Position numbers and translations under genes: made by a program. The notes beneath the pieces were generated by a model. That model did no database searches, was not told the DNA's origin, and saw only the letters and a program-made list of their open reading frames with translations. This document shows positions 41,453-52,116 of a DNA stretch of 64,000 nucleotides, one piece after another (within the stretch, counting starts at the first letter, position 1; every line of letters begins with the position of its first letter). Source of the stretch: Longimicrobiales bacterium (GTDB taxonomy: Bacteria > Gemmatimonadota > Gemmatimonadetes > Longimicrobiales > Gaopeijiaceae); assembly GCA_041690395.1 (NCBI GenBank), contig JAWLHJ010000001.1, positions 896,001 to 960,000 on the forward strand, read 5' to 3'.

Positions 41453-42763
41453 ATGAGCCCCGTCCCCATCGCCTACCGCCTCGCCGTTGCGGCCGCGCGC
41501 GTCGCCTCGCCCGTCCTGGCCCGCTCCGACTCCAAGCTCGGTAGGGGGATGGCGGGTCGGAACGATGCGCATGGCCTGCTCCGGCGCTGGGCCGAGAGGC
41601 AGCGGATGCCGCAGCGGCCCCTCGCCTGGTTCCACGCTCCGAGCGTCGGGGAGGGCCTCCAAGCGCAGGCGGTCATGCGTGCGCTGAAGGGCATCGTGCC
41701 GGAGCTCCAGACGGTCTATACCTACTTCTCCCCCTCGGCCGAGTCTCTGGGCGAGCGGTTCGGGGCCGACGTCTCCGGCTATCTGCCGTGGGATCAGGGG
41801 TCCCTCGTGGGGAGCGTCCTTGATGCGCTTCGCCCTTCCGTGCTGGTCTTCACCAAGACGGAGGTGTGGCCGGTGCTCGTCGAGCAGGCGCGCGCGCGTC
41901 GGATTCCGGTGGTGCTCGTCGCGGCCACGGTGCCGCCGGACGCGGGCCGCCTGAAGTGGCCCGCCCGGGCTCTCATGCGCGAGACCTGGAGGGCGCTCTC
42001 GGCCGGGCTCGCGTGTTCGGACGCGGACGCCGCCCGGCTGGCGGAGCTCGGGATGTCCCCGGACCGTATCGAGGTCACCGGTGATCCCGGGATCGATTCG
42101 GCGGCCGAGCGCGCCGGGGCCGCGGACCCGAGCGCTTCCTACCTGGCGCCCTTCTTCGCGGATCCCCGGCCGACGGTCGTCGCGGGCTCGACCTGGCCCT
42201 CGGACGAAGACGCCCTGATTCCGGCGCTGTCGGCGCTCCGTGAGCACGTGCCAGGCCTTCGTGTCGTCCTCGCGCCGCACGAGCCGGGCGAGGACCGAGT
42301 CGGCGGGCTCCTGGGGTCGTTCATCGAGAGCGGCTGGCACCCGAGCACCCTGGCGCACATGGAGGAAGACGGCGCCGTCGGCGACGTGAGCGCGATCGTG
42401 GTCGAGCGGGTGGGGGTGCTGGCCGATCTGTACACGGCGGCGTCGGTGGCTTTCGTCGGCGGGGGCTTCCACGACGCCGGGCTCCACTCCGTCCTCGAGC
42501 CGGCCGCCGTCGGCGTGCCGATCGTCTTCGGACCTCGGCACGCGAACGCCCGCGCGGCCTCCGATCTCGCGGCTCTGGGCGGGGCGGCCGTCGTCTCGGA
42601 CGCGAGCCAGGTCGCGCACGCCCTGCTCGAGTGGCTCACCGACCGGGAGAAGCGAGAGTACGCCGGTGGGCGGGCCCGTGCGTATATTGAAGGTCACCGC
42701 GGCGCCGCCGATCGCACGGCCCGCGCCCTCGCCTTGCTGATGAGCCCCTCGGAGCAACGATGA
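41453..42763 (+). CDS. waaA: 3-deoxy-D-manno-octulosonic acid (Kdo) transferase
   Basis: WFHAPSVGE, YLPWD, KTEVWP, VAGSTW, AFVGGGF, HSVLEPA. Confidence 0.88.
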   Translation: MSPVPIAYRLAVAAARVASPVLARSDSKLGRGMAGRNDAHGLLRRWAERQRMPQRPLAWFHAPSVGEGLQAQAVMRALKGIVPELQTVYTYFSPSAESLGERFGADVSGYLPWDQGSLVGSVLDALRPSVLVFTKTEVWPVLVEQARARRIPVVLVAATVPPDAGRLKWPARALMRETWRALSAGLACSDADAARLAELGMSPDRIEVTGDPGIDSAAERAGAADPSASYLAPFFADPRPTVVAGSTWPSDEDALIPALSALREHVPGLRVVLAPHEPGEDRVGGLLGSFIESGWHPSTLAHMEEDGAVGDVSAIVVERVGVLADLYTAASVAFVGGGFHDAGLHSVLEPAAVGVPIVFGPRHANARAASDLAALGGAAVVSDASQVAHALLEWLTDREKREYAGGRARAYIEGHRGAADRTARALALLMSPSEQR

Positions 42764-43101
42764 CCGACGCGCCGGACATTGCGGAGATCACCCCGCTAGA
42801 GCTGCATGAGCGCCTCGAAGCGGGCGACGTGCCCGTACTCGTGGATGTCCGCGAGCATTTCGAGCGGGACATCGCGGACCTCCCGGATCACGGGCAGCTC
42901 CGGATCCCCACGGGAGAGTTCATGCAGCGCATGTCCGAGATCGACCCGGAGGACGAGGTCGTCCTCTATTGCCGCTCCGGCGGACGCAGCGAGTGGGCCG
43001 CGAAGCTGCTGGCCCAGAAGGGGTACAGGAAGGTTCTGAACCTGACCGGTGGTGTGCTCGGATGGCGGAGCGAAGTCGATCCCTCTCTGCGCGCCTACTG
43101 A
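42760..43101 (+). CDS. Rhodanese-like domain protein
   Basis: LVDVRE, YCRSGGRS, NLTGGVLGW; ATGA overlap with waaA. Confidence 0.92.
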   Translation: MTDAPDIAEITPLELHERLEAGDVPVLVDVREHFERDIADLPDHGQLRIPTGEFMQRMSEIDPEDEVVLYCRSGGRSEWAAKLLAQKGYRKVLNLTGGVLGWRSEVDPSLRAY

Positions 43102-43111
43102 CGAGCGAGCC

Positions 43112-44701
43112 ATGAGCCGTCAATTCTGGGTTCGGGCGCTGTCCGTGGCGCTTCTGTCGGGCGCTCTCGGATGCGAAGCGGGCCCGCCCGCGTTCGACGA
43201 CCCGCCCGTCGATCCGGGCCCGTCGTCCGGCGCCGCCGTGGACGGTGAGTTGACGTCGGAAGGGGGTGAGGACTCCGACAACGACGTGACGTCCCTGGAC
43301 CGGTCCGTGCCCGCGGCGCCGGAGGGCGACGGAGGGGTGGTGGAGCCCGATTCGGCCGCCCCGCCCGCCCCGCGCCCCGTGAGCACGTCGTCGATCGACT
43401 ACCAGGCCGCGGAGCCTGCCGGGCTCCGGCTCGAGCGGGACGAGTGGGGTACAGAGCGCTTCCCCTATCCCGACGCTGTGCGTGGCATCTACCTGAACGC
43501 CTGGGCCTCCGGGTCTTCGACGCGCATGGAGGCGCTGCTCGATCTCGCCCGCCGCACCGAGATCAACACGTTCGTCATCGACATCAAGGACGCCACCGGG
43601 TACCTCAGCCACCGGACGGAGATTCCGCTCGCGCACGAGATCGGCGCGACCGAGGAGGTCCGCATCCGTGATCTCCCGGGCCTCCTGGCCCGTCTCGAGG
43701 AGGAGGGCATCTACCCGATCGCGCGCATCGTGATCGTGAAGGACCCGCTCCTGATCGCCGCCCGTCCCGATCTCGCGGTGCAGGACACGGCCGGCGGGGT
43801 CTGGGTCGACAGTAGCGACATCATCTGGCTGAACCCGTTCCATCGCGACGTGTGGCAGTACCACCTGGACATCGCGAAAGAAGTCGCCGCGATGGGCTTC
43901 CCGGAAATCCAGTGGGATTACGTGCGCTTCCCGGACGCTCCCCGTGCCGACCTCGAGCGGGCCGTCTTCGAGGGCGCGGACGGTCGCACCAAGGCCCAGG
44001 GAATCCGGTCGTTCCTGAATCATGCCCGCGAAGAGCTGGCCGAGGTCGGGGTGATGTCGACCGCGGACGTGTTCGGCGTCACGACGTCCTCGGCGCGTGA
44101 CGTCGGCATCGGTCAGGTGTGGGAGGCCTTTATCGATGTTGTCGACGCGGCGCTGCCCATGGTCTACCCCAGCCACTACTGGCAGGGGAGCTTCGGCATC
44201 CAGAGGCCCAACGCCTATCCCTACGAGATCGTCTACCGCGCGATGCGGGACGCGGCGAGACGCTCCGCGGCCGTCGAGGGTGCGGGCGTGACCCGCCCGT
44301 TTCTGCAGGACTTCACGCTCGGCGCGCCCCGGTACGAAGCCCCCGAAGTGCGCGCGCAGATCGAGGCGACTTACGACGCGGGCATCCGTGAGTGGGTGAT
44401 GTGGAATCCCGGCAGCCGCTACACGGAGGGGGCGTACGCGCCCGAGGGCGGATGGCCGATGGACGCCGAGCCCCTCATGCGCGTGGCCGGTGGCGTGTAC
44501 CCGGTGTCGAGACGGCATGTCGTGATCGACTCCGTGCGCGCCGCGGAGGCCGAAGCGGAGGCGAGGGCCCGGGCGCTGCGCGACTCGTTGAACGCGCTTC
44601 CGTTGGATACGGTGGAGGTGGTGCCCGACACCGTGGGCCTGAGTGAGCCGGACACCTCGGATGCGGTGCAGCCCGATACCGTGGGGACGCCGAGGCCGTA
44701 G
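43112..44701 (+). CDS. Putative glycoside hydrolase (DUF4015-like) lipoprotein
   Basis: VRGIYL, NTFVIDIKD, IARIVIVKD, EIQWDYVRFPD, PMVYPSHY; GALGC lipobox. Confidence 0.82.
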   Translation: MSRQFWVRALSVALLSGALGCEAGPPAFDDPPVDPGPSSGAAVDGELTSEGGEDSDNDVTSLDRSVPAAPEGDGGVVEPDSAAPPAPRPVSTSSIDYQAAEPAGLRLERDEWGTERFPYPDAVRGIYLNAWASGSSTRMEALLDLARRTEINTFVIDIKDATGYLSHRTEIPLAHEIGATEEVRIRDLPGLLARLEEEGIYPIARIVIVKDPLLIAARPDLAVQDTAGGVWVDSSDIIWLNPFHRDVWQYHLDIAKEVAAMGFPEIQWDYVRFPDAPRADLERAVFEGADGRTKAQGIRSFLNHAREELAEVGVMSTADVFGVTTSSARDVGIGQVWEAFIDVVDAALPMVYPSHYWQGSFGIQRPNAYPYEIVYRAMRDAARRSAAVEGAGVTRPFLQDFTLGAPRYEAPEVRAQIEATYDAGIREWVMWNPGSRYTEGAYAPEGGWPMDAEPLMRVAGGVYPVSRRHVVIDSVRAAEAEAEARARALRDSLNALPLDTVEVVPDTVGLSEPDTSDAVQPDTVGTPRP

Positions 44702-44730
44702 GGGCCAGCCGGCCCCGCCGCCCGGGCCCG

Positions 44731-47313
44731 CTACTCCGAGACCAGCGCCTCCCTGGGCGCGATCCGGGTCGCCTTGGCCGCCGGAGCCCACGTGGCCGCG
44801 AGGGCCGCCACGGCCAGGACGAGGGCAGGGGCCACGAAGTGCACGGGGTGCGTCGCCTCCACGCCGTAGAGGAGCGTCTGTAGGAAGCGGGACAGCCCGA
44901 GGCTCAACGCGACCCCCACGACGATCCCGACGGCCGCGAGGCGCAGCCCCTGACCCAGCACGAGGCGGGCGACGCGCTCGGGCCGGGCGCCGAGCGCGAT
45001 CCTGACGCCGATCTCGCGGGTGCGCCGCTCGACGGAGAAGAGCAGCAGGCCGTAGATGCCAAGCAGCGCGAGCACCAGCGCGACGCCCGCGAACGACCCC
45101 ACGATCAGCAGATTGAAGCCGTACCCGGCCACGCTCTCATCGAACCGATCGCCGAGCGACTCGACCGAGGGGACCGGAAGGCCCGGATCGACGCTCCAGA
45201 CGGCCTCGCGGATCGCGCGCTCGGTTGGCGCCGGGACGTCGGGCCGGAAGCGGACGACCAGATTCACCCAGGGCATCACGCCCGGATCGGGGATGAAGAA
45301 CACCGGCGGCGGTGCGGCTTCGAGCGCGCGATCCTCGACGTCACGGACGACACCGACGACGCGGCGGTAGTTGCGGCCGTCCCACCCCATGCCGATCCGC
45401 TCGCCGACCGCGGTCCGCGGATCGTCGAAGAGAATGCGGGCCATCGCTTCGGTGAGCACGACCACCGGCTCGCCGTCGTCGTCGTAGTCGGAGCCCTCCA
45501 GCGTGCGCCCCGCGAGGGGCGTCAGGGCGGCGGCCTCGAAGAACCCCGGAGACACCGCGCGCCACCGTACGAAGGGCGCGGTTCCCGGCTCGGTCGGGCG
45601 CCCCTCGACGTTGACGTCGATCATCGTGCTCATGCCCGAGAAGGGGAGGACGTTGGTGCTCCCCGCCGCCGACACCCCCGGGACTCCGGAGACCGCGGCC
45701 ACGATCGCGTCCCGCGTGACCCGACGATCCGCCGGGGTGTAGCGATCGCCGGACATCATGAGCGGCACCACCACGGCGTGCTCCGTCGGCAGACCGGGAT
45801 CGACCTCCTGGAGCGCGAGGAAGCTGCGCCCCAGCGCCCCCGCGCCGATGAGCAGGGTGAGCGAGAGGGCGACCTGGCCGGCGACGAGAGCCCCGCGCAG
45901 CCGGTCCCCGCCACCCCCCGTGGTGCGTGCGCCGTCGCGTGCCGAGAGGGCATCGCGCAGAACGTGGAGCACGGGGGCCAGTCCGAAGATCACCGCGGCA
46001 GTGAGGGCCACGGCGGCTGCGAACAGGACGACCGTGCCGCTCACCGCCGCCGCGTCGAGGCGCGGCGTGTCGGGCGGGCTGAGCGCCTGCAGCACGGGAA
46101 GGAACAGGTAGGCGCAGCCGAGACCGAGCGCCGCGCCGATGCCGGCCAGGAGGACGCTCTCGGTCAGGAGTTGCTGGACGAGCCGCCACCGGCCGGCGCC
46201 GAGGGTGGCGCGCAGCGCCATCTCCCGACCGCGTGCCGAAGCTCGGGCCAGGAGGAGGTTCGAGACCGAGGCGCAGGCCATCAGCAGGAGGAGCGCCACG
46301 GCGCCGAGCAGCACGTGTCCGGCCTGGCGCCGCTCGGGCCCTACCCATGCCTCCTTGAGCGGTACGAGTTGGGCGCTCCACCCCTGGTTGGTGGCCGGAT
46401 ACTCACGGGCCAGCGCTTCTGCCTCGGCCCGGATCTCGCGCTCCGCGTCCGCCGGTGCCGCGCCGTCGGCCAGACGCCCCAGCACGGTGTAGTCGTGGTC
46501 CTCGCGGGTCTCGTAGGCCAGCGCGAGCGGGGTCCAGACGTCGACGTCCTCGACCGGCTCCCAGCCTTCGGGCATCACGCCCACGATCTCGTAGGGCACG
46601 TCGTCGAGCAGCAGGGTCGCGCCCGTCACGTCGGCGTCGCCGCCGTACCGCTCCGTCCAGAAGTCGTGGGAAAGCACGACGATCGCCGCTGGCGTCGCGC
46701 CCGATTCCGCGTCGCCGAACGTCCGACCCCGCACGGGCGTGCCGCCGAAGAGCGCGAAGAAGTCCCCGGTCACCATGCCGGACACGACCTGCACGGCCTG
46801 CCCGTCGAGCAAGGTCGCATAGTCGGCTCGGCTGAAGGCCGACAAGTGGTCGAGGCCCTCGAGGCGCTCCCGGTAGTCCCGGTAGTTCATGTCCGAGACG
46901 GTGAACGGCACGCCGCTCGGAGAGATCTCCTGGACCAGGACCAGGCGGTCGGCGTCCGGATAGGGAAGGGGATCGAGCACGACGGCCTTCACCAGCGCGA
47001 AGATCGAGGCGGACGCCCCGATGCCGAGACCCAGCGTGAGCGTGGCGGCCAGGGCGAAGCCGGGGCTCCGCCGGAGCTGGCGGAGCGCGAAGCCGACATC
47101 GGCCACCACGCGGTCCCAGAGCCGTCCCATCGGGGAGCGGCGCGTGTCATGGATGCGCGAGATCTCCCGGCCGATCGCCTCGGCGTCGCCGAACGCCGCC
47201 TCGGCCGTGCGGCGCGCTTCCTCCGGCTCGACCCCCTCCGCGACGAGCCGGTCCGCGCGCTCTTCGATGTGGTGCCGGAGCTCGTCCTCGATGCGCGGAT
47301 CCCGGAACGTCAT
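44731..47313 (-). CDS. Duplicated orphan ABC permease (ADOP; MacB/FtsX-like)
   Basis: ELRHHIEER prefix, FALRQLRRSPGF, TLGLGIGA, REMALRATLGAGR, RTREIGVRIALGA; ATGA overlap with padR. Confidence 0.9.
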   Translation of the reverse strand: MTFRDPRIEDELRHHIEERADRLVAEGVEPEEARRTAEAAFGDAEAIGREISRIHDTRRSPMGRLWDRVVADVGFALRQLRRSPGFALAATLTLGLGIGASASIFALVKAVVLDPLPYPDADRLVLVQEISPSGVPFTVSDMNYRDYRERLEGLDHLSAFSRADYATLLDGQAVQVVSGMVTGDFFALFGGTPVRGRTFGDAESGATPAAIVVLSHDFWTERYGGDADVTGATLLLDDVPYEIVGVMPEGWEPVEDVDVWTPLALAYETREDHDYTVLGRLADGAAPADAEREIRAEAEALAREYPATNQGWSAQLVPLKEAWVGPERRQAGHVLLGAVALLLLMACASVSNLLLARASARGREMALRATLGAGRWRLVQQLLTESVLLAGIGAALGLGCAYLFLPVLQALSPPDTPRLDAAAVSGTVVLFAAAVALTAAVIFGLAPVLHVLRDALSARDGARTTGGGGDRLRGALVAGQVALSLTLLIGAGALGRSFLALQEVDPGLPTEHAVVVPLMMSGDRYTPADRRVTRDAIVAAVSGVPGVSAAGSTNVLPFSGMSTMIDVNVEGRPTEPGTAPFVRWRAVSPGFFEAAALTPLAGRTLEGSDYDDDGEPVVVLTEAMARILFDDPRTAVGERIGMGWDGRNYRRVVGVVRDVEDRALEAAPPPVFFIPDPGVMPWVNLVVRFRPDVPAPTERAIREAVWSVDPGLPVPSVESLGDRFDESVAGYGFNLLIVGSFAGVALVLALLGIYGLLLFSVERRTREIGVRIALGARPERVARLVLGQGLRLAAVGIVVGVALSLGLSRFLQTLLYGVEATHPVHFVAPALVLAVAALAATWAPAAKATRIAPREALVSE

Positions 47314-47657
47314 CCGCCGGCTCCCCCTTCCGGCGCGAGCCGCCCGACGGCGGTGACGTAGCGCGCCCAGCGGTCCTCCTCCTCGGCGAGCGCGGTCCGG
47401 CCGTCGGTGGTGAGCGCGTAGTAACGGGCGCGGCGGCCCTTCTCCGAGACACCCCACCGGGACTCGAGCCATCCCCGCTTCTCCATGCGATGTAGCGCGG
47501 GGTAGAGGGCCCCCTCCTCCACCTGGAGCTCTTGTCGCGTGGCGCGGTGGATGTGGTCGAGGATCTCGAAACCGTGCAGCTCCTCATGGCCGGCGAGGGT
47601 GCGCAGCGCGAGGAACTCGAGGGTTCCCTTCAGGACGGCGAGGCTGTCGTCGGGCAT
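47310..47657 (-). CDS. PadR family transcriptional regulator
   Basis: LKGTLEFLAL, HGFEI, EEGALYPALHRME, RRARYYALT. Confidence 0.93.
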   Translation of the reverse strand: MPDDSLAVLKGTLEFLALRTLAGHEELHGFEILDHIHRATRQELQVEEGALYPALHRMEKRGWLESRWGVSEKGRRARYYALTTDGRTALAEEEDRWARYVTAVGRLAPEGGAGG

Positions 47658-47683
47658 GAGAGGCTCATGGGCTGGGTCTGGCG

Positions 47684-47746
47684 TTGACCTAAGACTGTTA
47701 GGTCAATCGCGTGCCCCAAGATGTTGGCCTAAGACAATTAGGTCAA
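47684..47746 (-). promoter_or_regulatory. Two palindromic operators overlapping the padR promoter
   Basis: TTGACCTAA-N5-TTAGGTCAA (47684-47706) and TTGGCCTAA-N5-TTAGGTCAA (47724-47746); minus strand TTGACC-17 nt-CATCTT. Confidence 0.8.
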
Positions 47747-47770
47747 CCCTTCGACCGTGCCCGTCGGGGG

Positions 47771-49576
47771 CTACGCCGCCCCTGCCGACACGAACTGGAG
47801 CTCGTGGAGGCGCGCGTAGAGCCCGCCGTGCTCGAGCAGCTCGCCGTGCGTGCCCTGCTCCCGCAGCTCGCCGTGATGGAAGACCAGGATCCGGTCGGCG
47901 TTCTGGACGGTCGAGAGCCTGTGGGCGATCACCAGGGAAGTGCGACCGCGAAGCAGCTCGTCGGTCGCCGTCTCGATCCGGGCCTCGAGCTCCGAGTCCA
48001 CCGAGCTGGTCGCCTCGTCGAGCACCAGGATCTCGGGGTCGAACGCGAGCGCCCGGGCGAAGCTCACGAGCTGGCGTTCTCCGACGGACAGCGTGGAGCC
48101 GCGCTCACCGAGCCGCTGCCCGTAGCCCCCGTCGAGACGCTCGATGAACGCTCCGGCCCCCACGCGCTCGGCGGCCGCCTCGACCTCTTCGTCGCCGATC
48201 TCCGTGTCACCGAGCCGGATGTTGTAGCCCACGTCCTCGCTGAAGAGGAAGACGTCCTGGAGCACGAGCCCGATCCGGGCGCGCAACATGTCGATCCGCA
48301 GCCTGTCGATGGGCACCCCGTCGAGCAGGATCCGGCCCCGGTCCACGTCGTAGAAGCGCATCAGCAGATTGATGAGCGTGGTCTTGCCCGCACCCGTGTG
48401 GCCCACGATCGCGACCTTTTCGCCGGGCTCGACCACGAAGCTCACGCCCTTCAGCACCCAGTCCGGCTCGCCGTCTTCGGTCTTCCCGTAGGCGAACCAC
48501 ACATCCTCGAAATCGATGCGCCCGTGCGCGTCGGCCGGGAAGTCGAGCGCCTCCCGGGGATCGACGATGTCGATCTCCTCGTCGAGCAGCTTGAACACGC
48601 GCTCCGACGACGCCATCGCGCTCTGCAGCAGGTTGTACTTCTCGGACAGGTCCTGGATGGGACGGAAGAAGCGCCGCGCGTACTGCAGGAAAGCCGCCAC
48701 GACGCCGATCGTGACGACGCCGTCCAGGACGCGGAGCCCGCCGTACCAGATCGTCAGGGCCAGCGCCAACGCCGTGAAGAATTCGATGACCGGGAAGAAG
48801 AGCGCGTAGTACGTGATCGACTTCAGATGCGCCTCCAGGTGGTCCTCGTTGAGCGCCTCGTGCCGCTTCTGGTCGGCGTCCTCACGGTTGAAGAGCTGGA
48901 CGATGCTCATCCCCGTGATACGCTCGTGGATGAACGCGTTCAGGCGCGCGAGCCGCACCCGGATGTCGCGGTACGCCTCGCGGATGCGGGCTCGGAAGAG
49001 GAAGGCCGCGAAGAATACGAGCGGGAGCACGCTGAAGGCGACCAATGCCAGCTTCCAGTTCATGGACAGCATCGCGATCACGATGAACACCAGCGTGAAC
49101 ACGTCGCCGAAGGCCGAGACCACGCCCGAGCTGAACAGCGTGTTCAGCGTCTCGACGTCGTTCGTGATGCGCGTCATGAGCCGCCCGACCGGGTTCCGGT
49201 CGTAGTAGCGGAGGTCGGCACGCTGGAGCTTCTCGAAGATCTCCGTGCGCAGGTCGTACATCACCGACTGGCCGATCCAGGTGGTGAGGATGTCCTGCGC
49301 GTACTCGAGGAAGAACGCGAGCACCGTCACGCCGATGAAGGCCGCGGCCAGGCGGCCGAGGTAGCCGACATCGGCCTGGGGGATGGCGACGTCGATGACG
49401 AGCTGAGTGATCCACGGCCCGACGATCTGCGCCGCCGAGGCCAGCGTCAGCACGAGCACGGCTGCCGCGACCTGCCACCGATACGGGCGGAGGTAACGCA
49501 GCAGCCGGCGCATCAGGCGGGCGTCGTACGCCTTCCCGAGCGCTTCTTCTTCCTGGAGGTGACCCGGGAGCGCCAT
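47771..49576 (-). CDS. ABC exporter, fused permease/ATP-binding subunit
   Basis: GKAYDARLMRRL, GHTGAGKTT, LSVGERQL, LVLDEATSSVD. Confidence 0.93.
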   Translation of the reverse strand: MALPGHLQEEEALGKAYDARLMRRLLRYLRPYRWQVAAAVLVLTLASAAQIVGPWITQLVIDVAIPQADVGYLGRLAAAFIGVTVLAFFLEYAQDILTTWIGQSVMYDLRTEIFEKLQRADLRYYDRNPVGRLMTRITNDVETLNTLFSSGVVSAFGDVFTLVFIVIAMLSMNWKLALVAFSVLPLVFFAAFLFRARIREAYRDIRVRLARLNAFIHERITGMSIVQLFNREDADQKRHEALNEDHLEAHLKSITYYALFFPVIEFFTALALALTIWYGGLRVLDGVVTIGVVAAFLQYARRFFRPIQDLSEKYNLLQSAMASSERVFKLLDEEIDIVDPREALDFPADAHGRIDFEDVWFAYGKTEDGEPDWVLKGVSFVVEPGEKVAIVGHTGAGKTTLINLLMRFYDVDRGRILLDGVPIDRLRIDMLRARIGLVLQDVFLFSEDVGYNIRLGDTEIGDEEVEAAAERVGAGAFIERLDGGYGQRLGERGSTLSVGERQLVSFARALAFDPEILVLDEATSSVDSELEARIETATDELLRGRTSLVIAHRLSTVQNADRILVFHHGELREQGTHGELLEHGGLYARLHELQFVSAGAA

Positions 49577-49616
49577 GGCGGGAGGCTACACCGGGGGTGG
49601 GGCGGGGTTTCCGTCG

Positions 49617-52016
49617 TCACTCGGCGCGGAGGGCCTCCCGCGGGTCGGCGCGGGTGGCACGCCTTGCCGGCACGGCGCTGGCGGCCGCCGCCACCAGTAT
49701 CAGGAGGAGGCCGACCCCGGCGAAGGTGACGGGATCGAGAGGCGCCACGCCGATGAGCAGCCCGGACACGAGCCGGCTGGAGAGGCCCGCCAGGAGCAAC
49801 CCCACGAGGACGGCCGCCACGGTCAGCCGGACGCCGCCTGCCACCGTATCCCGGAACACGCGCGCCGGACGCGCACCGAGGGCGACCCGGATGCCCATCT
49901 CCCTCGTTCGGCGCGCCACGTCGAAGTGGAGGAGCCCGTAAAGGCCGGTCCCTGCGAACACCAGGCCGATAAGGCCGAACACGCCGATGAGCCACGCCGC
50001 GAAGCGCTGGGGAAACAGCGTGAGGCCGACGACGTCCTCGAGCGGTTGGACTGCCTGCAACGCGATATCCGGGTCGAGTTGCCGCACGATCTCGCGGACC
50101 TCCTGGATCACCGTTGCGTGGGGGAGTGCCGATCGGACGTGGAGCGTCCGGCGCGGTACCGGCGATTGGGCCGTGGCCCGGAAGACGTAGGGGCTCGCCC
50201 GTTCGCCGATACTGGCGTATCGCCCGTCCCGTACGACGCCCACTACCTCGAACGTTCCGCCTCCCGTCATCCTCCGACCGATGGGGCTGCGGCCAGGCCA
50301 GAGGCGTTGGGCCAGCGTCTCGTTCACGATGGCCACCGCCGGCGCGTCCGGTCCATCGGCGGGCGAGAACGCTCGCCCAGCCACGAGCTCGATGCCCAGC
50401 GCGTCGAAGTATCCGGGTCCGACCAGGTTGAACGCGCTGTTCACACGGGCCGCGTCGTCGGTCTGGTCGGCGGCGCGCATATCGTTGGAGGACCGCCCGT
50501 AGGTGGCGCCGAGGAGGACCGTGCTCGCGATCGTGGCGTCGGACACGCCGGGGACCGCGCGGACCCGTTCCCCGAGTTCTTCGAAGAAGATCCGGGCCTG
50601 CTCCTGGCTGTAGTCGTGCGCCGAGAGGTCGATCTGGGCGAGAGACACGCCCCTGGGATCGAACCCGAGATCGACCGCCGACGCTTCCCGGAGCGTGCGT
50701 ACGAAGAGCCCGGAGGTCACGAGCAGCAAGACGCTGAGCGCGACCTGGGCACGTACGAAGAGGCGCCACCCGCGAGCGTCGCGCGGCGTGCCCGTGGTCC
50801 CGCTCTTGAGATGGGGAAGCAGCTCGCCCCGCGATGCCGCCAGTGCGGGAACGAGGCCGAACAATGAGCCGACGATCGCGGTGGCCAGGACGCCCAGGAC
50901 CACGGTTGCCGCGTCCGGAGCGAGGTCGAGCGCAAGGTCGAAGCCCAGGGGGACACGCGTGGCCTGGAGGACCTCGGCGGACCGCACACCGAGGATGATC
51001 CCGAGGCCACCGCCGACGGCGAAGAGGACGAGCACCTCGGCCATCGATCCCCAGACGATTCGGGCTCGTCCCGCACCGAGCGCGAGTCGGACCGCCGTCT
51101 CTCTACGGCGCGCAATTCCTCGGGCGAGCAGCATGCCCGCGATGTTGGCCGCGGCCATGACCAGCACGAGGAGTCCGGTTCCGACCAGCAGGGCCAGGAA
51201 GCCGCCGACGGGACCTTCGGCCCCGGGCGGGAGGCCTGTCAGCCGCGGCATCTCCGCCCCCCGGACCGTGGTCTGGGGCTGGAGCGGAGGGATGTTGGTC
51301 GCGGCGGTTCGTACTGCGGTGAGGGCCGTCTCCGGAGGGGTACCCGGCGCGAGGCGGCCGATCATCGTCACCCACGGCCCGTCCTCGTAGGCTTCGAAAG
51401 GGACCCAGATGTCGGCGGGGAGGCCGTGCGTCGTCCCCTGGAAGTCCGGGGGCGCGACGCCGACCACCGCGTAGGATCGACCATCCACCCTGACGCTGGC
51501 GCCGACGGCCTCCGGGTCACCGGCGAAGCGCGTCCGCCAGAAGCGGTGGCCAAGCACCACCGACGGCTCGCCGTCCGATCCGAAGAACCGACCGGCGGCG
51601 GGGACCAGGCCGAGGACGTCGAAGTAGTCACCGGAGACCAGGTATCCCGTGACCGGCACCGCCCCCTCGGGCGTGGAGAACGAGAAGCCGCCGGGGAGCC
51701 GGTACGCCTCCGCCGCAACACCCTCGAAGGGTCCATCCAGGAGGTCGCGGTACGCCAGGTAGCGCGGCCACGGGACCGCATCCACGCCGAGGGGCTGCGA
51801 CGTGGCGCCGCTCCTCAGCTCGTCGATCAGGTGGAGGGTTCCCGGCTCCGCGACCGGGAGGGGTCTGGCGACGAGGGCGTTCCGGACGCTGAGCATCGCC
51901 GTGGTCGCGGCCGTCCCGAGCGCGATGGTCAGGATCGAGACGACGAAGAGCGTGGGGTGCCGCATGAGCGAGTGGACCGCGCGGCGGGCGTCCGTCCAGA
52001 GGGAGGAAAGATCCAT
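49617..52016 (-). CDS. Duplicated orphan ABC permease (ADOP; MacB/FtsX-like)
   Basis: RHPTLFVVSILTIALG, RRRETAVRLALGAGR, QVALSVLLLV, RTREMGIRVALGA; start uncertain. Confidence 0.88.
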   Translation of the reverse strand: MDLSSLWTDARRAVHSLMRHPTLFVVSILTIALGTAATTAMLSVRNALVARPLPVAEPGTLHLIDELRSGATSQPLGVDAVPWPRYLAYRDLLDGPFEGVAAEAYRLPGGFSFSTPEGAVPVTGYLVSGDYFDVLGLVPAAGRFFGSDGEPSVVLGHRFWRTRFAGDPEAVGASVRVDGRSYAVVGVAPPDFQGTTHGLPADIWVPFEAYEDGPWVTMIGRLAPGTPPETALTAVRTAATNIPPLQPQTTVRGAEMPRLTGLPPGAEGPVGGFLALLVGTGLLVLVMAAANIAGMLLARGIARRRETAVRLALGAGRARIVWGSMAEVLVLFAVGGGLGIILGVRSAEVLQATRVPLGFDLALDLAPDAATVVLGVLATAIVGSLFGLVPALAASRGELLPHLKSGTTGTPRDARGWRLFVRAQVALSVLLLVTSGLFVRTLREASAVDLGFDPRGVSLAQIDLSAHDYSQEQARIFFEELGERVRAVPGVSDATIASTVLLGATYGRSSNDMRAADQTDDAARVNSAFNLVGPGYFDALGIELVAGRAFSPADGPDAPAVAIVNETLAQRLWPGRSPIGRRMTGGGTFEVVGVVRDGRYASIGERASPYVFRATAQSPVPRRTLHVRSALPHATVIQEVREIVRQLDPDIALQAVQPLEDVVGLTLFPQRFAAWLIGVFGLIGLVFAGTGLYGLLHFDVARRTREMGIRVALGARPARVFRDTVAGGVRLTVAAVLVGLLLAGLSSRLVSGLLIGVAPLDPVTFAGVGLLLILVAAAASAVPARRATRADPREALRAE

Positions 52017-52116
52017 GGCACGCATGTTCGGCGTCCGGGCCGTGCTCCGGCGGAGCACCAAGCCCCGCTCGCCCACGGTGGGCGGTGCGGGGCGGAGGCG
52101 CAACGTGATCGGGCGG

